Assembly: GCA_965112155.1 (NCBI GenBank)
Contig: OZ218101.1
Direction: 5' to 3' (one strand)
Source of the DNA: Podarcis liolepis
Lineage: Eukaryota
DNA: 64,000 nucleotides
Below the pieces are notes generated by a model, which saw only the letters and a program-made list of their open reading frames with translations, did no database searches and was not told where the DNA came from. Numbering within the stretch: the first letter of the stretch is position 1; each line of letters opens with the position of its first letter. This document shows positions 62,431-64,000 of this stretch, in pieces. Made by a program: the position numbers and the translations under genes.

Positions 62431-64000
62431 GTGAGATCTACCATATAGCGGAAATAATGAGAGAATGTTATGTTGTTATGCTGCATTTTAAAGGAATAAT
62501 TGGCTGATGCTATCAAAGCAAATTAGGTGATTTTCCAAGTCTTGCCTTGAACATGCAATAATCTGGGTCACCAGAATATCACACAAGGTGAGATGGGGGT
62601 GAAATTTGTTATCCAGCTGAAAGAACATTAAATAAGCAGTGAAATTTGAGATTCAGCTGTTTTATAGTTGGATGAGGTAGAAATCTTGGGGAGCAAAATG
62701 TTATTGTATTGTGGAAAGGGGGGGAGCATTTTTAATGTGGCTTTTATTGGTCCTTGGGTGCATCCAATTCTGCAAGCCTAAAAATGCAGATTATGGCCAA
62801 CCGAAGTGAATGACAATTTGGATCTCCAGCAATTACTACTTCTCTTTAAAATATGTAATAAATGCTGATCTTTAATACACATATTTTTCAAGAAAAGATC
62901 CATATTAGTGGATGAGATAATTATTGCTTTTACTATCAGTTAACTTTAAAGATATGTAATTAAGCAGGTCTCAGATGAAGTAGATTCTTGCCTATGAAAG
63001 CTCATGCTTATAGCAGCTAAGAATTCCATGTACAGTTTTTCGGCTGTATTTTGTATCTTTGGCATGTTAAAGAATCACGTGTTGTTCCTTCTGGATATAA
63101 TAGCAGGCAATTTGTCTAAAGATAGAAAAGTTTGTGTAAAAACTTCTGAAAATGGTTATGAACCTGTATTTGTCAGGATATTGACATGTCCTGTCAATAA
63201 GTCCATGATTGTAGTTCTCTTTAAAACTTTTATTTGTGCTTTGATGTCTTGTGCGTCAAACTGTTCCTCTGTGTGGGGCTTGGCTTTATATGTGACCACT
63301 GCAATTTGCACAACCATGGTGGTCCTTTTTCTAAGCAATCAAAATTGTGTTAGGCATGTCCATATAACCCCTGCTGGCTTATAAACCTTCTGGCCTCATA
63401 TGCCTTTTGTCATGTATTTAAATTCATTGGTCTTCATGGAAATCACACAAAAAACAAAACACAATGTTCAATAAGGCACTAGAGCTCTGTTTCTGGTTCA
63501 GCAAACCATAAACTTCACAATCAAATGCAAACTTGCAAGACTTGGTGGAATATGTGTGTATATTACATACACATTGTATGATAAACACATACAAACACAT
63601 ATTGCAATATGAAATAATATTTTCATAAGCTATATAACTTTTATTGGGTCAGTGTTGTGTGTGTGTTTTTAGCTTTCTGTTAGCACAAGCTAAATCCTGC
63701 AAAGATTCAGTAGGAGAGTCTCTAAAAATAACCTTGTGCTGAAGTCTCTGTTTCAGTTACTCAACCTTACCTATCCCACACACCAATAAACAAACTCAAC
63801 TGCTTACTGGTTTCCTACATACCTTTGATATGCTCTCCAAGGGGCATATGGTAGCTGGAGAGGTTCATTTGGTCCTCATGATCTGTGGATGATTAGGGTC
63901 CATTTCCCTCTTCTAAGAACTGGAACCAGAAACACCCCTTCCAGTTCAGATCTCCATATTCCTTGACCCCAACAAAAACGCTCCTGTTTACTCTCCTGGT

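Noticed and set aside
63004-63384. 126-aa plus-strand ORF
   Set aside because: AT-rich, no domain similarity and no convincing splice or promoter context.
1-64000. Prokaryote-style systems (CRISPR array, operon, prophage, defence island)
   Set aside because: The sequence is intron-exon vertebrate DNA. There are no regularly spaced repeat-spacer units and no long intronless ORFs besides TIAM1 exons.
57834-64000. Next canonical TIAM1 exon (STEQVAAFCRSL-like, leading to the DH domain)
   Set aside because: Not found by eye; presumed to lie beyond the window end.

Overview
This is vertebrate nuclear DNA, not prokaryotic. The Sauria/Squam-type SINEs, L2/CR1/RTE LINEs and hAT/Tc1 MITEs point to a squamate, probably a lacertid lizard (inference). 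The window lies inside TIAM1 (Rac1 GEF) on the + strand. I can read 13 consecutive coding exons with canonical GT-AG boundaries from 6822 to 57833. They total 3003 nt (1001 codons) in one open frame and cover the myristoylated N-terminus, PH-CC-Ex, RBD, PDZ and linker. The DH-PH catalytic exons lie beyond the window. Introns hold many TE fragments and microsatellites, and most short ORFs in the supplied track are spurious or LINE remnants. I find no evidence of a wholly new multi-gene system. The strongest leads are: (1) a candidate internal promoter and alternative first exon at about 61850-62430 that could make a short, DH-PH-only TIAM1, with a uORF whose stop overlaps its start (TGATG); (2) a 9-nt in-frame insertion in the coiled coil (Q to HFLS) that looks template-switch derived, plus non-conservative changes in the Ex subdomain; (3) a three-level nest in which an mRNA-like 3' end sits in an RTE LINE inside a SINE; (4) a hAT MITE resembling the horizontally transferred OC1 family. 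All comparisons to human TIAM1 and to repeat consensuses are from memory and need alignment to confirm.
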